Virus record (IMG/VR): IMGVR_UViG_3300037493_002747
Location: 11,761-75,760 of that record
Source: a virus
Direction: 5' to 3' (one strand)
DNA: 64,000 nucleotides
The position numbers and the translations under genes are program-made. Each line of letters starts with the position of its first letter. Position 1 is the stretch's first letter. The notes beneath the pieces are model-generated. The model had not been told where the DNA came from. It saw only the letters and a program-made list of their open reading frames with translations, and made no database searches. Shown piece by piece: positions 17,889 to 27,900 of the stretch.

Positions 17889-18458
17889 ATCTATACAAAT
17901 CCCTCAAATTTGATTCAGACGCTGATTGGTCTTCTTGATCGTAATTCACCATCAATTAATCAGGTGGTCCGTGCATATCAAGGCAATCGTAAGTTGATGG
18001 TATTACCGGGGATGCGTAGGGTAGTACCTGCGGATGCCTATCCTGTATTGGAGATTGAGCCTGGGGATGTCCCTAATCAGTGGGCAACGACTAGGGCACA
18101 GAGACCAAGATATCAATTTCGGTGTACTTTGACGGTGAAAGTGGATAAGGAGCAGTATGGGGTAGAGTATATTTGCACCTTGGGGACGACCATTGTGGAG
18201 ATAATGACCAGTCCTGAGAATCTTCAAATGCCAGTGGTGAATGAGACGAAGTGGGATTTAGTGGGAGGGCTCTGTCAGACATTTATATTGGACAGTTTGG
18301 TGGATTCGGCGAATTATTCGGCAGACAAGCAGGGATCGATCAGAAAGGCAGAGTTCAATTGGTTTGCTTTAATCCATGAACCGTACCCGGAATCAAAGTG
18401 GAAAGTCAATAGTTCAAGTACTCCTACGGTGATTCGACCGATCATTCTGTCATCGTAA
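17889..18458 (+). CDS. putative tail completion/terminator protein (start uncertain: ATC 17889 or TTG 17910)
   Basis: YP.LEIE motif and position before the tail tube genes. Confidence 0.55.
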   Translation: MYTNPSNLIQTLIGLLDRNSPSINQVVRAYQGNRKLMVLPGMRRVVPADAYPVLEIEPGDVPNQWATTRAQRPRYQFRCTLTVKVDKEQYGVEYICTLGTTIVEIMTSPENLQMPVVNETKWDLVGGLCQTFILDSLVDSANYSADKQGSIRKAEFNWFALIHEPYPESKWKVNSSSTPTVIRPIILSS

Positions 18459-18471
18459 TAATTCTTTGATA
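18458..18471 (+). promoter_or_regulatory. putative late-promoter motif ATAATTCTTTGATA
   Basis: Exact repeat of the 14-mer, 20 nt upstream of an ATG. Confidence 0.6.
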
Positions 18472-18491
18472 TTCAGACTATAGGTAGAGAC

Positions 18492-18719
18492 ATGAAAATA
18501 AGCAGTAGAACACTTAGGGATGAGATGACCCAGATCATCAAGACTGGTGATATCCCATACCAGTCTAATAGAAGGGCTGTAGAAGCATTTGACATTTATC
18601 GTGATGATGAGGAAGGTCGTCAAGAGTTGATTGCGATGCTTGAAGGGTTGGATGTTTTCATCATGAATTTGGAGATTATGGGATATGACTTCGAGACGGT
18701 TGCAAGGACGAGTGGGTAA
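18492..18719 (+). CDS. hypothetical protein
   Basis: 75-aa ORF after the promoter motif. Confidence 0.65.
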   Translation: MKISSRTLRDEMTQIIKTGDIPYQSNRRAVEAFDIYRDDEEGRQELIAMLEGLDVFIMNLEIMGYDFETVARTSG

Positions 18720-18990
18720 TCCATTCGTCAGACAAGGAACGATACGGGATATGGCAGCCGTTGCGAAGAAACTCGCAATGATCCGTTCTGCCGTAGAAGA
18801 GGTTGAAAAGGCTGAAGACATGATATCGTCGTCGAATAAGGGATCGCGGGAGTGGAGCAAGGCGGTTGAGAAAATGAACTTGTCCGGTAAGAAGGGGCAG
18901 GAATGGTGTGGTGAGGCAGTTGCGATTTTGAATGGAGTAAAGAGGAAGTCCGAAGGGTATTTGAGGGGATTGCAGAATGCCGCTTATTGA
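18685..18990 (+). CDS. hypothetical protein (start uncertain)
   Basis: Fills the gap between neighbours; helical. Confidence 0.55.
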   Translation: MTSRRLQGRVGNPFVRQGTIRDMAAVAKKLAMIRSAVEEVEKAEDMISSSNKGSREWSKAVEKMNLSGKKGQEWCGEAVAILNGVKRKSEGYLRGLQNAAY

Positions 18991-19774
18991 TACAACTACG
19001 TTGTTGAAGGTTGCAGATAGGGCTGCTTATCAGTATGGCCAGCTTCAGGATACTTGTACCGCAATTCAGGCGGAAGGCAATGGGTATTACTTCGATATCG
19101 TTTCGGCTACGGAAGACCCCGATGTTGAAATCCCTTGTGATTCTGAGTATTACGACGTTGATGAGGATTTTAACGTTGGATTCATGGTTGCGTATGGCAC
19201 AAGATTGTCGAATATTTTGGGTGCAATGGAGGCTCATTTCAGCCGGGATAATGGGTCGGGATTACCATTACAGGTAGGTGGTTGGGATGGTTACCTGACA
19301 GCGAAGAATAAGCGTGTAAGCTACTACTTTGCTCAGTTGTTTTTTGCAACACATGGGTTTTATATGCTTGCGAATGATGTGTTTTCGGAGAGTGTGGACC
19401 AGTTTGCTAGGTTACAGGTTACTACTGGACCTGTTTTGACATATACAGATGGAGTGAATTACGGAACTGGGGCAGCGGCAAACCCCGCGAATGGAACATT
19501 CTATGCTGCTACGCAATTGAAAGTGGTCGTGACAACGATGGGAGCGACACAGTTGGATGTTCGTTTATCCGTAAAGGACCTCAACAACAACTTGGCGACT
19601 ATTGATGTTACGATTCCAGGAGGATCACTGCCGGGAGCAGAGATTCCTATTGGTACGACGACTGATCGGTTTCTTGATGTGACTGCGGCGATTTTCAAGC
19701 CAGCGGGTTCAACAGGGACGGTCGGAGATGATATAAATGTGATGAACTTAAAAGAGCGACAGATTGCTTTGTAA
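18977..19774 (+). CDS. putative virion structural protein
   Basis: 265 aa, T/G/D-rich with a beta-rich C-terminus; GAGGGG RBS. Confidence 0.6.
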   Translation: MPLIDTTTLLKVADRAAYQYGQLQDTCTAIQAEGNGYYFDIVSATEDPDVEIPCDSEYYDVDEDFNVGFMVAYGTRLSNILGAMEAHFSRDNGSGLPLQVGGWDGYLTAKNKRVSYYFAQLFFATHGFYMLANDVFSESVDQFARLQVTTGPVLTYTDGVNYGTGAAANPANGTFYAATQLKVVVTTMGATQLDVRLSVKDLNNNLATIDVTIPGGSLPGAEIPIGTTTDRFLDVTAAIFKPAGSTGTVGDDINVMNLKERQIAL

Positions 19775-19873
19775 TCCCGTCATTATTCCTTTATATTCTA
19801 TCATGTATAGAGTGGCAGGAGTTAGATCGGAAAGAAACCGAGATGTTGCTGAGGAACAAAGGAGGATACTAAT

Positions 19874-21212
19874 ATGGGTATGGGTTAAGATTAGCCCATC
19901 TTAAATCTTCTCTGATTGACTCGGAAGGCCAAGAGTGGGCTGACGAGGCGGAAGGCGAAAGCCACCGTGAACGACTGAGCGAGAAGACCGTCTACGGACG
20001 GATGCAACAGTCTGCTCTCCCGCAATAACTCAAGATGAAACGGGAGAGGGAAATCCGAAGAGATTTCCCCGCCATCGAAAGATGGTCAGTAGGTCGCAAG
20101 ACTGAAGTAACAGCAATAGGTATCAAGGCTACGCGAAATTTTACAAGACTGGTCCATCAACTGATCCACTGGTTGTGTTGGCAACTGGCGCAAGCGTCAA
20201 TCTGGTGTTGGAGCCAATTATGTCAACGGCAGTGTGGGGTGCTGGCTGGTATAACGCGGCAGATGCTGCGCACTATGCTGACAACGCGGTGCGTTATGAG
20301 GGAAGTATTGATCTTGAACTTCAGATGGGTGCTTCAGGAAACTTCTGGAATTTCTTGCATCAGTTCATTGTGACAAATCGGGCATATCCTAGGTCATTGG
20401 AAATCAGTCCGGATGGAGCACACGTTTACAAGTATCTGACGACTGGTGCCTATGATGCCAACTATGACACGAAGGGTGCATGGTGTCGTTCGGCTAACTT
20501 CTCGACATCGGAAGGTTCGTTTGTTACTTGCTCTCTTGGTGTTGTGGCTATTTTCAGAACTGAGGGCGATCCAGCAGGTGGAACAAGCTATTCGAGTTAC
20601 AGTTACATCAAGCAGGTCAAGGGCGTAATTGCGTCTGACTGCACGGTGTTGTCTAAAACGAATCCGTTAAACCCGTCTGGTAACAATGTTGATCCAATCC
20701 CTTACTGGAGGTCTAATGCTCAGTTGGGTGTTGGTACATATCCGGGGCCTTTTGGAAGTGTGACACTGCCTCAGACTGGAACGGAGACGGTCGATTGGAG
20801 TATTGATGTCTCTAACAATGAGAAGATTCTGTACACTTGCTCTGGCAGTCGTCTGCCTCGTGCGGTGTTGATGGGTGCTATGAGTGTTGATGGAAACGTG
20901 ACTCTCTATCACCCGAATGGTGTGTTCGACCCGATTCTTGGACCTTCTGGTACAGGAACAATTACTTCTCCGTACTCCAGAGCTGAGAATACATGGTTCC
21001 AAGTGGGTATCAACTATGGTTCGGGAACGGCATACATCGAAATTCCAGCAGCCCTTATCAGCAGTGATACATACAACATTCAGGGAGCCGATTCGATTAC
21101 GAATCGTGCGTTCTCGATCAAGGGGTTGGGTGGAAGGTGCGACGGAACGACGACACTTCCTCCATGTATCATCTCTGACTACGCTGGTGCATTGCCAACT
21201 CCTCCAACCTGA
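19874..21212 (+). CDS. tail tube-like protein, spliced: join(19874..19885,20121..21212), 367 aa
   Basis: RBS AAGGAGG; the spliced N-terminus MGMGYQGYAKF matches paralogue MALGYEGYVKI. Confidence 0.8.
19886..20120 (+). mobile_element. group I self-splicing intron (235 nt, no homing endonuclease)
   Basis: P1 ATGGGT/GCCCAT with a U-G pair at the 5' splice site; P3 TCTTCTC/GAGAAGA; P7 GACTG/CAGTC; P8 with UACG loop; terminal G at 20120; removal restores the frame. Confidence 0.9.
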
Positions 21213-21224
21213 TATGGGGGCAAG

Positions 21225-22112
21225 ATGGCTCTTGGATATGAGGGGTACGTCAAAATTGGCGACAAGTATGCTCTTGGGACGGGAACAGCCGTTCCAAGGG
21301 CACGTACCCGCATAACTTCTCAGGGTGCTTACGGCGGCGAGATAAATACACCTGTTGATGAAATAGGGCTATGGGGTCCTAGAGTATATGACTGGGAGGT
21401 CTTTGACGGATCAGTGAATTTCGAGATTACCAAGGATATGTTCTCCTTGCTCAAGGCGTGGGTACTGGACAGGGATAGTCAGAAGGATATCCTGTTTTCG
21501 ACCCGGAAGGACAATGAACAAAAGTTCGTTGATACATTCTGGAATTCCATATCGATTTCAGCCGCTGAAGGTTCCTTATTGGATGGTTCTCTTGGGTTCG
21601 TGGCTATGGATCGGGACACTTACTCCTATGGGGCGCAAGGCATAGATAGTTATCCTGGGAATGTGAAAGGCAAGGGGTTGTTATGTACGTTGGCGACGGG
21701 AATGCCAGCTCCATTAAATGTTAGTGGTGAAAATTACAATCCGATTCCTTCATGGTATTCTAAGATTACACTGGGTGTAGAGGTATACGACTTTCTTGCT
21801 TGGACGTTGAATTTCTCACAAGACGTGGTGAAATTTTTTGCTTGTACCGGGGTACAAGGGCCACAGGCACCTGCGTATGTTGGGGTGGGGCCGATGTCGG
21901 TAACATTTGGTGGGTCTTGGATGTGGTTAGACAAAGATGCTCAAACCAGTTTCCCGGCTGATGATGTTACCGATTTGAAGGTAGAGGTGGCGGATACGAG
22001 TATGAGTTTCAAGACTTTGGAGTTACAGAGTATTTCTGATGATGTACAATCTATGGATTCGACAACGCCGGTACAGATGGAGTATGCTATCTACGAGTTG
22101 CAGTCTACATAG
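21225..22112 (+). CDS. tail tube-like protein (paralogue 2)
   Basis: Shares LGY.G, GS..FE, S..EGS....LG and NP.P.W with 19874-21212. Confidence 0.65.
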   Translation: MALGYEGYVKIGDKYALGTGTAVPRARTRITSQGAYGGEINTPVDEIGLWGPRVYDWEVFDGSVNFEITKDMFSLLKAWVLDRDSQKDILFSTRKDNEQKFVDTFWNSISISAAEGSLLDGSLGFVAMDRDTYSYGAQGIDSYPGNVKGKGLLCTLATGMPAPLNVSGENYNPIPSWYSKITLGVEVYDFLAWTLNFSQDVVKFFACTGVQGPQAPAYVGVGPMSVTFGGSWMWLDKDAQTSFPADDVTDLKVEVADTSMSFKTLELQSISDDVQSMDSTTPVQMEYAIYELQST

Positions 22113-22168
22113 TCGAAGACGAATTCGGGCGAAAGCTCGGTAGTATGGAAAAACCGAAGATGAAAGAT

Positions 22169-22224
22169 GGGCGCAGATGCACGGGTGTTTTTTGATACCA
22201 TTGGTGTACTGCGTTTTTTGTTTT
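22169..22224 (+). terminator. long hairpin plus U-tract (possible terminator/attenuator)
   Basis: GGCGCAG/CTGCGTT with inner GGTGTT/GATACC stem, followed by TTTTGTTTT. Confidence 0.4.
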
Positions 22225-22238
22225 AATGGAGACGTTTT

Positions 22239-22730
22239 ATGGCGATAGTACAAGCAAAACAGCAAGATAGTCAGAAGACTGCCGGTACAGAACAGTCTCG
22301 TGTCGACGAGAGATTGATGAAGCCGGGAAAGTTTGAAATCACCAAGGAAACGACTTTTACGGTTATGATTCATGCTAAGGAGAAGGATGGTCGCTGGATC
22401 ATAATGAATGGTCCGGGTAAGGGTATTGAGAGCAATAGCATAATCTTCAGGATGTGGACTTACGACGAGATGATAGAAATGCGCAAAATGGCGACAAACT
22501 ATGATTCTCAAAAGAGAGTTCACATGATTGATAACGATGTCTTGAACAGACTAAAGATACAGAGGCTTATGGTGTCTTGGACATTCGATACTGACAACCC
22601 GAGACTAAGGATACAGCATGTGAATGGAGTAATGACAGATGAGAGCTGGAAGGCTTTTGCGAGTCTACAGCCAAACATTTCTTCATACATAATTGACGAG
22701 ATCAACAAGGTTTATGAATTCAACGGCTGA
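22239..22730 (+). CDS. putative tail assembly chaperone
   Basis: F..WTYDE...R...L.SW pattern; between tube and tape measure genes. Confidence 0.55.
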   Translation: MAIVQAKQQDSQKTAGTEQSRVDERLMKPGKFEITKETTFTVMIHAKEKDGRWIIMNGPGKGIESNSIIFRMWTYDEMIEMRKMATNYDSQKRVHMIDNDVLNRLKIQRLMVSWTFDTDNPRLRIQHVNGVMTDESWKAFASLQPNISSYIIDEINKVYEFNG

Positions 22731-23472
22731 ACAGAATGCTCGCAAGAATTGTGCGGAGTTGTATGACCCTAACCGTGTTATGGTTCGGGTTAGGACTTCA
22801 CGACGTTATGGATGTTGTTTACCGGACGAGGGTGGGAATGAAGAGCATGTTGCTGTTTTCGCTACGATGACATTTGGAGATAACTATGCCATCGATAAGG
22901 CGATAACCTATGAGGTAGAGGTTGGAGAAGCGTTCGGTACTGGCAGGAAGATCAAGGCACATGTAACAGACATCAATGAGTACAAGCGATTGGTAGTAAA
23001 AAAGAACCTTCTTTCGTGGAGTTTGGATGTGCCGATTGAGAGAGATCCGTCAGGATGGATGACGCCAGAAAGTTATGCGCGGGTATCATCTGTTCCAGGG
23101 CCTCTTATGGAAGCATTTGTTAGGAAGTACGAGGAATCGGTGGAGGTATCAGACGAAGAGGAAGAGCGCATATCGAGACAGTGTGCGGTATTATTCTCGA
23201 AGACCTCACATGGCGTATCAGATGCTTGTGAGGCTGTTAGCAGATTTTGTACGTTGGGAAATTTCTCTGAGAAGTTTGGTATCAACAGGGAGGCTTTGCC
23301 AAGGATGCCTTACAAGGAGTTCTTGCTGTTGAAGATTATGATCGCAAAGGAGTCAGATTCGTTGAAGTCTTCACAGCCTAAGACAAGCCCTAGTAGTGTC
23401 ATAGGAGCTGGTGGAAGGGCAAAGCCTAGTCGTGGGATAAGGATTCCGATGCCAGGATCGGATGGTGGATAA
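22714..23472 (+). CDS. putative tail assembly chaperone (long form)
   Basis: TF.D...L.SWSL core plus an EKFG....L..MPY.EF tail. Confidence 0.55.
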   Translation: MNSTAEQNARKNCAELYDPNRVMVRVRTSRRYGCCLPDEGGNEEHVAVFATMTFGDNYAIDKAITYEVEVGEAFGTGRKIKAHVTDINEYKRLVVKKNLLSWSLDVPIERDPSGWMTPESYARVSSVPGPLMEAFVRKYEESVEVSDEEEERISRQCAVLFSKTSHGVSDACEAVSRFCTLGNFSEKFGINREALPRMPYKEFLLLKIMIAKESDSLKSSQPKTSPSSVIGAGGRAKPSRGIRIPMPGSDGG

Positions 23473-24260
23473 TGATATCTGTAAAGAAAAAGTTGGGTTA
23501 TGGTGGTTCGGCAACTATCGGTACCCACCAAGTGTTGATAACATCTGGTGGGTTTGAAAAGGCAGTTTCCATACCATACCTCAACATGATTAACACTCCA
23601 CCGGATACTACATTCGCTGGCAGGGTAAAGCACGCTGATGGAACTAATGGTTATACTGGTTCGTTGTCATTTGATGTTTACGATGATACACTATCTCTTT
23701 TCGAGACTACGGACGGTCTTTTGGAGCGGTATTACGAGTTCGATATTGGGATTAATGACGGAGAGAATGATTGGAAGATGGAGGCTTGTAAGCTGACTTC
23801 GATGACGATTTCAGGATCGGCGGGTGGGTTGGTGAGTGCTCAGATTTCATTTTTGGCCAAGAGTGGGAAGGTTGCGGGATCGACGACGAATGATTTTATC
23901 AGGGATGATGCTCCTCTAGGGTATTGGTATACTGGAACAGGTGATGCTAATGACAAGGTGAAGGATTGGAGTCTGGCGATGACTCAAGAGGCAAGCATAG
24001 TCTACAAGAATGAAGACAGTATGGAACCGGCCTATATTAAGGTGGGACTGGTGATATATGTTCTTTCGATAACATCATTTACTGAAATAACGACACCAAG
24101 TCAGATAAAGATATCTACAAAGAATTTCACGTTGACGGGAGACACAACGGGAATGGGGTACGCTCCTGGCGGACTCACAGATCTAGGGACGTATAGTTAT
24201 ACGTTCGAGACAAGTGCTCAGAGTAGTGATGCGGTATCGGATGCTCTCGTGATAACATAA
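23472..24260 (+). CDS. tail tube-like protein (paralogue 3)
   Basis: LGYGG, GSLSFD, ISGSAGGLVSAQISF and DWSL motifs. Confidence 0.6.
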   Translation: MISVKKKLGYGGSATIGTHQVLITSGGFEKAVSIPYLNMINTPPDTTFAGRVKHADGTNGYTGSLSFDVYDDTLSLFETTDGLLERYYEFDIGINDGENDWKMEACKLTSMTISGSAGGLVSAQISFLAKSGKVAGSTTNDFIRDDAPLGYWYTGTGDANDKVKDWSLAMTQEASIVYKNEDSMEPAYIKVGLVIYVLSITSFTEITTPSQIKISTKNFTLTGDTTGMGYAPGGLTDLGTYSYTFETSAQSSDAVSDALVIT

Positions 24261-24282
24261 TCGCGAGGGGGAAAAGGATAAT

Positions 24283-24894
24283 ATGGACAATGACACAGTA
24301 GGAACGGATAAAGAGGTAGTAGTGACAGTTCAGCCAGTGGTTGATCCAGATGCTGAGAAGCGTAGTGGAGTTCAGGAAATGGTTCAGAATGCTGAGGCGA
24401 TTGTGGTTGCGAAGGAGAAGCCGGAGACGGAGAAGCCTGCTGCTAGACCTTCATTCTTCGTAAATAAATCAGTCAGACATATCGTGAAGATGGATGTTTT
24501 GACGGGTAAGGACGATGGTCGGGTAGTCAGTGTGTCGAAGTCTGGACTGGGGATCAACTTTGAGGCAGATTTCCCGTTCATGGTTCATACAGAGTTGATT
24601 TTCGAGTTTTCCATACCAAACTATGAAGATATGAGCACATATCGGCAGCGTAGTTCAGTGTATCGTCGGGAATCAGAGAAGATGATGGTGGACAAGCTCC
24701 AGCTCAGGAATTTCATGTTGATATGGCATCTGAAGGATTGGAATCTGACGGATGAGAATGGTAAGAAGATTGTTCTGTCGTTTGATTCAAATGGATCTAT
24801 GTCAGAGGAATCTATTGCCGTGGTATATGCAATGTCGCCTACATTGCTGGATGTCGTGATGACGGTATACGAAAAAGACATCCTGCTGACCTAA
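24283..24894 (+). CDS. putative tail assembly chaperone
   Basis: PNYED...R...LKDWNLTDENG; directly before the tape measure gene. Confidence 0.6.
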   Translation: MDNDTVGTDKEVVVTVQPVVDPDAEKRSGVQEMVQNAEAIVVAKEKPETEKPAARPSFFVNKSVRHIVKMDVLTGKDDGRVVSVSKSGLGINFEADFPFMVHTELIFEFSIPNYEDMSTYRQRSSVYRRESEKMMVDKLQLRNFMLIWHLKDWNLTDENGKKIVLSFDSNGSMSEESIAVVYAMSPTLLDVVMTVYEKDILLT

Positions 24895-24913
24895 TAGGTG
24901 GTAGGAGGGGAAA

Positions 24914-27900
24914 ATGCCCTTTAGTACAGAAGAACTTGCCAAGAAGTTTGGCGATAGTGCCGAAGACGTTAAGAAGAGCCTTGAGGGAATGCTCGGGGCT
25001 GCTGACGACGTTGACAAGGTATTTGAAAAGATGACAGAGCGACAGGAAGCTGCCGCTCAGATTCAGGACAAGTTTGCGAAGGCTTTGGCTTCATCGTCAA
25101 AGTCTTTGACTGGCATTGGGCATTCTGGGATATCGGCGGCACGGGGAATAAAGACCATTGATTCTGTATCTAGGTCTGCTGCATCATCTTTGGGTTCTCT
25201 GGGTATTGGAGCAGTCTCCGCTGTCGCCGGGTTCAAGGCATTATCATCTGGTGCATCATCTTTCTCGTCAGATATTGAGAACACTGAGAAAAGCATTGCT
25301 GGTCTCGTTAAGGGTATAGGAGGTCTGGAAGCGAAACTCGGTGGCCTCAAGGCGGCATCTGTCTCGGTTGATGTTGTGATTGGAAGTCTTTCAGCATTGG
25401 ATGACTTTGAGAAAAGAATCAAGGCGTTGCCTCAGAACGTGTCTGTAAATGTTTCTACTGGAGCTGCGGCTAAAACCGGGGCAGGAGCGGCATCGGCATC
25501 GGCAGGAGCGGCATCGGCGAAAGCAATGGCTAATGCGGCGGCTAAAGCAATGGCATCCAGAAAAACTCCTGCCTCAGCGGGAACATTGAGTGCGGCGATG
25601 TGGGGTGGACCTAATGCTGCCAAGAAAGCGGGGAGACTTTCCGGTGAATATGGAGGAAAGGCATTCGCAGAAAATTATGCTGAACAAGTAGCTAAGAACA
25701 TTCGGAGTAAGTCGATCAAGTCAATGAAGGATAAGATGACTTTGATGGCAGACGATACCGAGAAAATTAAGACTCCTGAAGGGAAGAAGAAGTATGTCGA
25801 ATTGGCGGTAAAGATTGGCAAAAAGGGAGAAGTGTCGGAAATTTTGGACGAGCTGAGTGACAATCAATCTAAGCTCTTCAAAAGGAATGTTGGCAAGATG
25901 GGCATGGAAAAGGCGATAGACAGTCTTATCGCCAAAACTCCAATTTTGGCTCTGCGTGTGAAGAAGGCGATGTCGGAAGCGGCGGAGGCTGCGGAAGAGG
26001 CAATTTCTCCATTTAAGAGACTTGAGGATCAAGTCAACAGTGAAGCAAAGACTTTCAAGGAGTTCATTTCACAAAATGTTGCTAAGGGTGGGGTGGAGTT
26101 CGGAGAGTTCGCAGGAGGATTGACGAAGAGTGCAACAGGGATGTTTGCGGTTGGACTCGCTGCTGCATTTGTGGCAACGAAGATTTCTGAAATGGCTGAG
26201 AAATATGCGAATTACGCTTCTGAACTTGCCAAATATCGGGTAGAGACATCCGCATTGGAAGATACGATTGCCGGATTGGGTAAAAACGGGTTAGAGCCGT
26301 TACGTAAAGAACTTGGTCTTACTCGTGACCAAGCTGCTGATTTCTACCAAGTTCTCAAGACTGGTGTGAATGAGCTTGGAATGAGTCCAGGGAAAATCAT
26401 GGAGGTTTCCAAGGCACTGAGTGATACTTTTGGTGGAGACCAAACAGCAAGGTTGAAGCAGTATGTTGATTTGCTCAAGGAGATTCCAACTATTGATGCG
26501 GACTTGAGCATTACGGCCAGCATGGATGATCAGGCAGCATCGATTTACGCTTTGGCCAAAAGTGGTAAGATGGATGTGGTAATGGATTTACAGTCTGCTG
26601 GATTGTTTGGAGGGAAACAGGAAAGGAAAGAAGGAGCGGACCTCGCTGATTCCAATCAAGCAGTTGCAAAAAACACAGAGGCCATTAAGGATTTCTTAAC
26701 TGGATCATTATTTGGAACATGGACTCCGTATCTTGTTGCATTGACGCAAGGTGTTTCTGCTCTTGTTGCAGCATTTGTGTCAGGATTAGCGATATGGGGA
26801 GGAATGAAAGCAGTACAGGGCGTATTCAAAACAGCTAGTATTGCTACGATGTGGGCAACATGTAAAGCGATGGTTGCTGCAATACTTAGTTCTAAATCTG
26901 GCGGTAGGGGAAGAACTGGCAAGGGAGCTGTCAAGGGGGCTGTCAAGGGGGCATCGACGACAGCGGCCAAGGCAGCGGCCAAGGCAGTAGGGAGTAAGGC
27001 TGCGGCTACGGTGGCTACAACAGCTTCTAAAAAGGTTGCGACGACAGCAGCTAAATCCGCCATATCACTTTCAAAATTTGGAGGTATCGCAGCTAAAATT
27101 GGTCCAAAATTGTTAGGAATTGGTCTTGCAGTAGTTGGAGTCGAGTTGGCTTGTGGTATGGCAGCAGACAAACTGGAAGAGACTGGTAAAACAGCAGCAG
27201 CGGCTGGAACTAGGATCGCTGGCAGTGCGGCAAGTATCGCAGGATTTGCACTTACCGGGGCTACTATTGGTGGGGCTATTGGGCTACTCGGAGGTCCCTT
27301 GGCGGCAGTTACTGCCACGGCTGGAGCAGTAGTTGGTGCATTGGTTGGATTGGCAGTTGAGGCTAAAACTCTGTATAAGTCATTCAAGACTTTGGGTGTG
27401 TCGGCTTGGGAATATATTAAGAAATTCGGGTCGAGCAAGAAGTCTGAACCGACAACAGCATTGGGAAAGGCAGCAATTGAATTAAACGCGCAACTAATAG
27501 AAGAGCATGCGAAGATGGCTAAGTCTGGGATGGCCCTAGAACAGTCTATGAACAGATTGAAGGCGGCTGTTAATAGTGCCAAGTTTGAATTCCTAGAGTT
27601 GAGTGCAAGACTTTCTAAGATTCAACTAAAAAACATTGGAGAAATTGGCGGTTCAATGGCGGGATTCACAAGTGCGATGCAGAAAGGTGAAGATGCCGCC
27701 AGGAAGATATTTAACGAGAAAAAGGCAGTAAATGAAGCAGAGCGTAAGAGAATCATGGGTAGTACGGATATGCAACCGGACCAGCGTCAATCTGCATATG
27801 ATACTGTTCGAGAAGCAGAATTGAAGGCAGCCAATGATTTCGCAGAGGCATTGAGTGATCTTGCGACTACCTTGTATCAGACTCCTGAACTCATACAGAA

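Noticed and set aside
20035-20373. ORF starting within the intron as a homing endonuclease
   Set aside because: No nuclease motifs; it runs out of frame into exon 2.
22693-22730. lambda G/GT-type frameshift between the overlapping chaperone genes
   Set aside because: No X_XXY_YYZ heptamer in the overlap, and the second gene has its own ATG at 22714 with AAGG upstream.
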